Shown here: positions 62,723 to 64,000 of the stretch, one piece after another | How positions within the stretch are numbered: position 1 is the first letter of the stretch | Layout of the letters: the number at the start of each line of letters is the position of its first letter | Assembly: GCA_963708295.1 (NCBI GenBank) | Contig: CAVPSJ010000004.1 | Coordinates: 800,001-864,000 of the forward strand | Direction of reading: 5' to 3' | DNA length: 64,000 nucleotides | Origin: an uncultured delta proteobacterium | Lineage (GTDB): Bacteria; Desulfobacterota; BSN033; UBA1163 | Notes under the pieces: generated by a model | Databases searched by the model: none | What the model was told of the DNA's origin: nothing | Seen by the model: the letters and a program-made list of their open reading frames with translations, nothing else | Position numbers and translations under genes: made by a program

Positions 62723-63328
62723 ATGAAGATTTTGGGGCTTTGCTGCAGTCCACGAAGACAAGGGAACACGGAGACTTTGCTGGAGGTGGCACTCCAAGGG
62801 GCTGTAGAAGAGGGGGCAGAAGTGGAACTCTACGCCGTAGCAGGCAAAAACATAAAACCCTGTGCTGGTTGCCGAGCCTGTGGTGAGACGGGGGAGTGTG
62901 CCGTCAAGGACGATATGCAGGATCTCTATAACAAACTACTGTCCTCAGATGGCATTATTTTCGGTACCCCGATCTATTTTTACTCCATGACGGCTCAGGC
63001 TAAAACGGTCATCGACCGTACGATTGCGTTGACCCATCCGCATAGAAGCCTGGCCAACAAAGTAGGAGGTGTAGTGGTTGTAGCTGGCAGCCTGGGAATC
63101 ATAGATGCATTAAAGGATTTGTATTTCTATATGATCACACGCCAGATGCTCCCAGCTAACTTTGTAGCGGCTTATCCTGGCGCCAAGGATGAGCTCAGAA
63201 AAATGGAGCAGTGTATGGATGCAAGCCGCCGCCTCGGACGACAGATGGTTCAGATCGCTGCAAAGAAGTTCGAGTATCCCAGCGAGTTTCCGAGAGCTCA
63301 CTTCGCCTTTGGAACAAACAAACGTTAA
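62723..63328 (+). CDS. Iron-sulfur flavoprotein (Isf/flavodoxin family)
   Basis: SPRRQGNT, CAGCRAC....CAVKDDM, GTPIYF. Confidence 0.9.
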   Translation: MKILGLCCSPRRQGNTETLLEVALQGAVEEGAEVELYAVAGKNIKPCAGCRACGETGECAVKDDMQDLYNKLLSSDGIIFGTPIYFYSMTAQAKTVIDRTIALTHPHRSLANKVGGVVVVAGSLGIIDALKDLYFYMITRQMLPANFVAAYPGAKDELRKMEQCMDASRRLGRQMVQIAAKKFEYPSEFPRAHFAFGTNKR

Positions 63329-63461
63329 CCCCGAGCACATCGCGGGGAGATTTTTCTAATCTATGTGTAATCATTTGCCGGAGGCTTGATTTATGAAGGG
63401 ATGGGGGTAAGACGTTTCATTGCGACACAGTCTCTTCGGGGAAGGGTGAGGGACTTGAGGG

Positions 63462-64000
63462 CTAAATCCTTCTTTGCTTCTGCCTTCCGTGGGGTATCCT
63501 GAGCTTCCTCATACGGTGCCGGAGGGTACTGGGATTTATGCCCAGCAGTTTGGCGGCCCCGGCCGATCCATGAATTTTCCCTTTGGTCATCTCCAGGGCT
63601 TGCTGAATGTGTTTTGACACGGCGTCATCAAGGTTGGAAAAATCATCCTTTCGTGTTGTCAATTTTCCGTGATCCTCATTGTCATCCGGCCAGACGATGT
63701 TATCGAAAGTTAGGGGCCGGCCTTTGCTCAGAATCAAGGCCCGCTCGATGACATTCTCCAGTTCCCTTACGTTGCCCGGCCAAGCATAACCCATCAGGGG
63801 CGCCATGGCTCCTGGAGCAAGTCTTGGGAGGAGATGCATCTGCAGTTCCTTTGACTTTTTTTCAACAAAATGATCGACTAAAGCAGGGATATCTTCCTTT
63901 CGATCTCTTAATGGCGGGATGGCGATCGGAAAGACATTCAGCCTGAACCACAGATCATCTCGAAATAGTCTTCTCTTGACCATTTCACGGAGGTTTTGGT
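63462..64000 (-). CDS. Sigma54-dependent Fis-family activator, C-terminal part (runs off window)
   Basis: FRDDLWFRLNVFPI.IPPLR.R.EDI, WPGNVRELEN, GAAKLLGINPSTLR. Confidence 0.93.
   Translation of the reverse strand, partial: QNLREMVKRRLFRDDLWFRLNVFPIAIPPLRDRKEDIPALVDHFVEKKSKELQMHLLPRLAPGAMAPLMGYAWPGNVRELENVIERALILSKGRPLTFDNIVWPDDNEDHGKLTTRKDDFSNLDDAVSKHIQQALEMTKGKIHGSAGAAKLLGINPSTLRHRMRKLRIPHGRQKQRRI

Noticed and set aside
1-64000. CRISPR array, rRNA, tRNA, transposase or integrase
   Set aside because: No regularly spaced repeat-spacer array, no full cloverleaf or rRNA motifs, and no recognisable DDE/HUH/tyrosine-recombinase ORF found by eye.

Overview
A 64-kb chromosomal segment, most likely from an anaerobic Desulfobacterota-like (deltaproteobacterial) genome; this is inferred from gene content only. 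About 20 otherwise intact genes carry 1-nt indels, which looks like long-read assembly error rather than decay. From left to right: ppa 5' end, DUF3047, membrane-anchored msrAB behind an OmpR/BaeS-type two-component pair; a 1396-aa fused PlsA/PlsR (Ger)-type activase-reductase; a signal-peptide ORF with RPPP near its C-terminus ahead of Na+-pumping decarboxylase gamma/beta subunits; housekeeping genes (terC, purE, sua5, tatD); a light/lipid cluster (tspO, class II photolyase, TIGR01777, CrtQ/CrtO-like pair, ABC exporter); acyl-CoA dehydrogenase-etfB-etfA with EtfA fused to an XRE/cupin regulator; a glucosylglycerate-type osmolyte cluster; envelope genes (mltB, lepB, murJ); a B12 radical SAM enzyme, Isf and rubrerythrin; and a ~10-kb catabolic block (SDR, SRPBCC, FAD oxidoreductase, OYE, DapA-like, SBP, FadR) bracketed by scars of an old duplication. 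Intergenic DNA holds a 3-copy MITE-like family and several REP-like palindromes. No rRNA, tRNA, CRISPR or transposase was seen. The best candidate for an undescribed system is the putative RPPP arrest-peptide / RNA-switch leader controlling oadGB.
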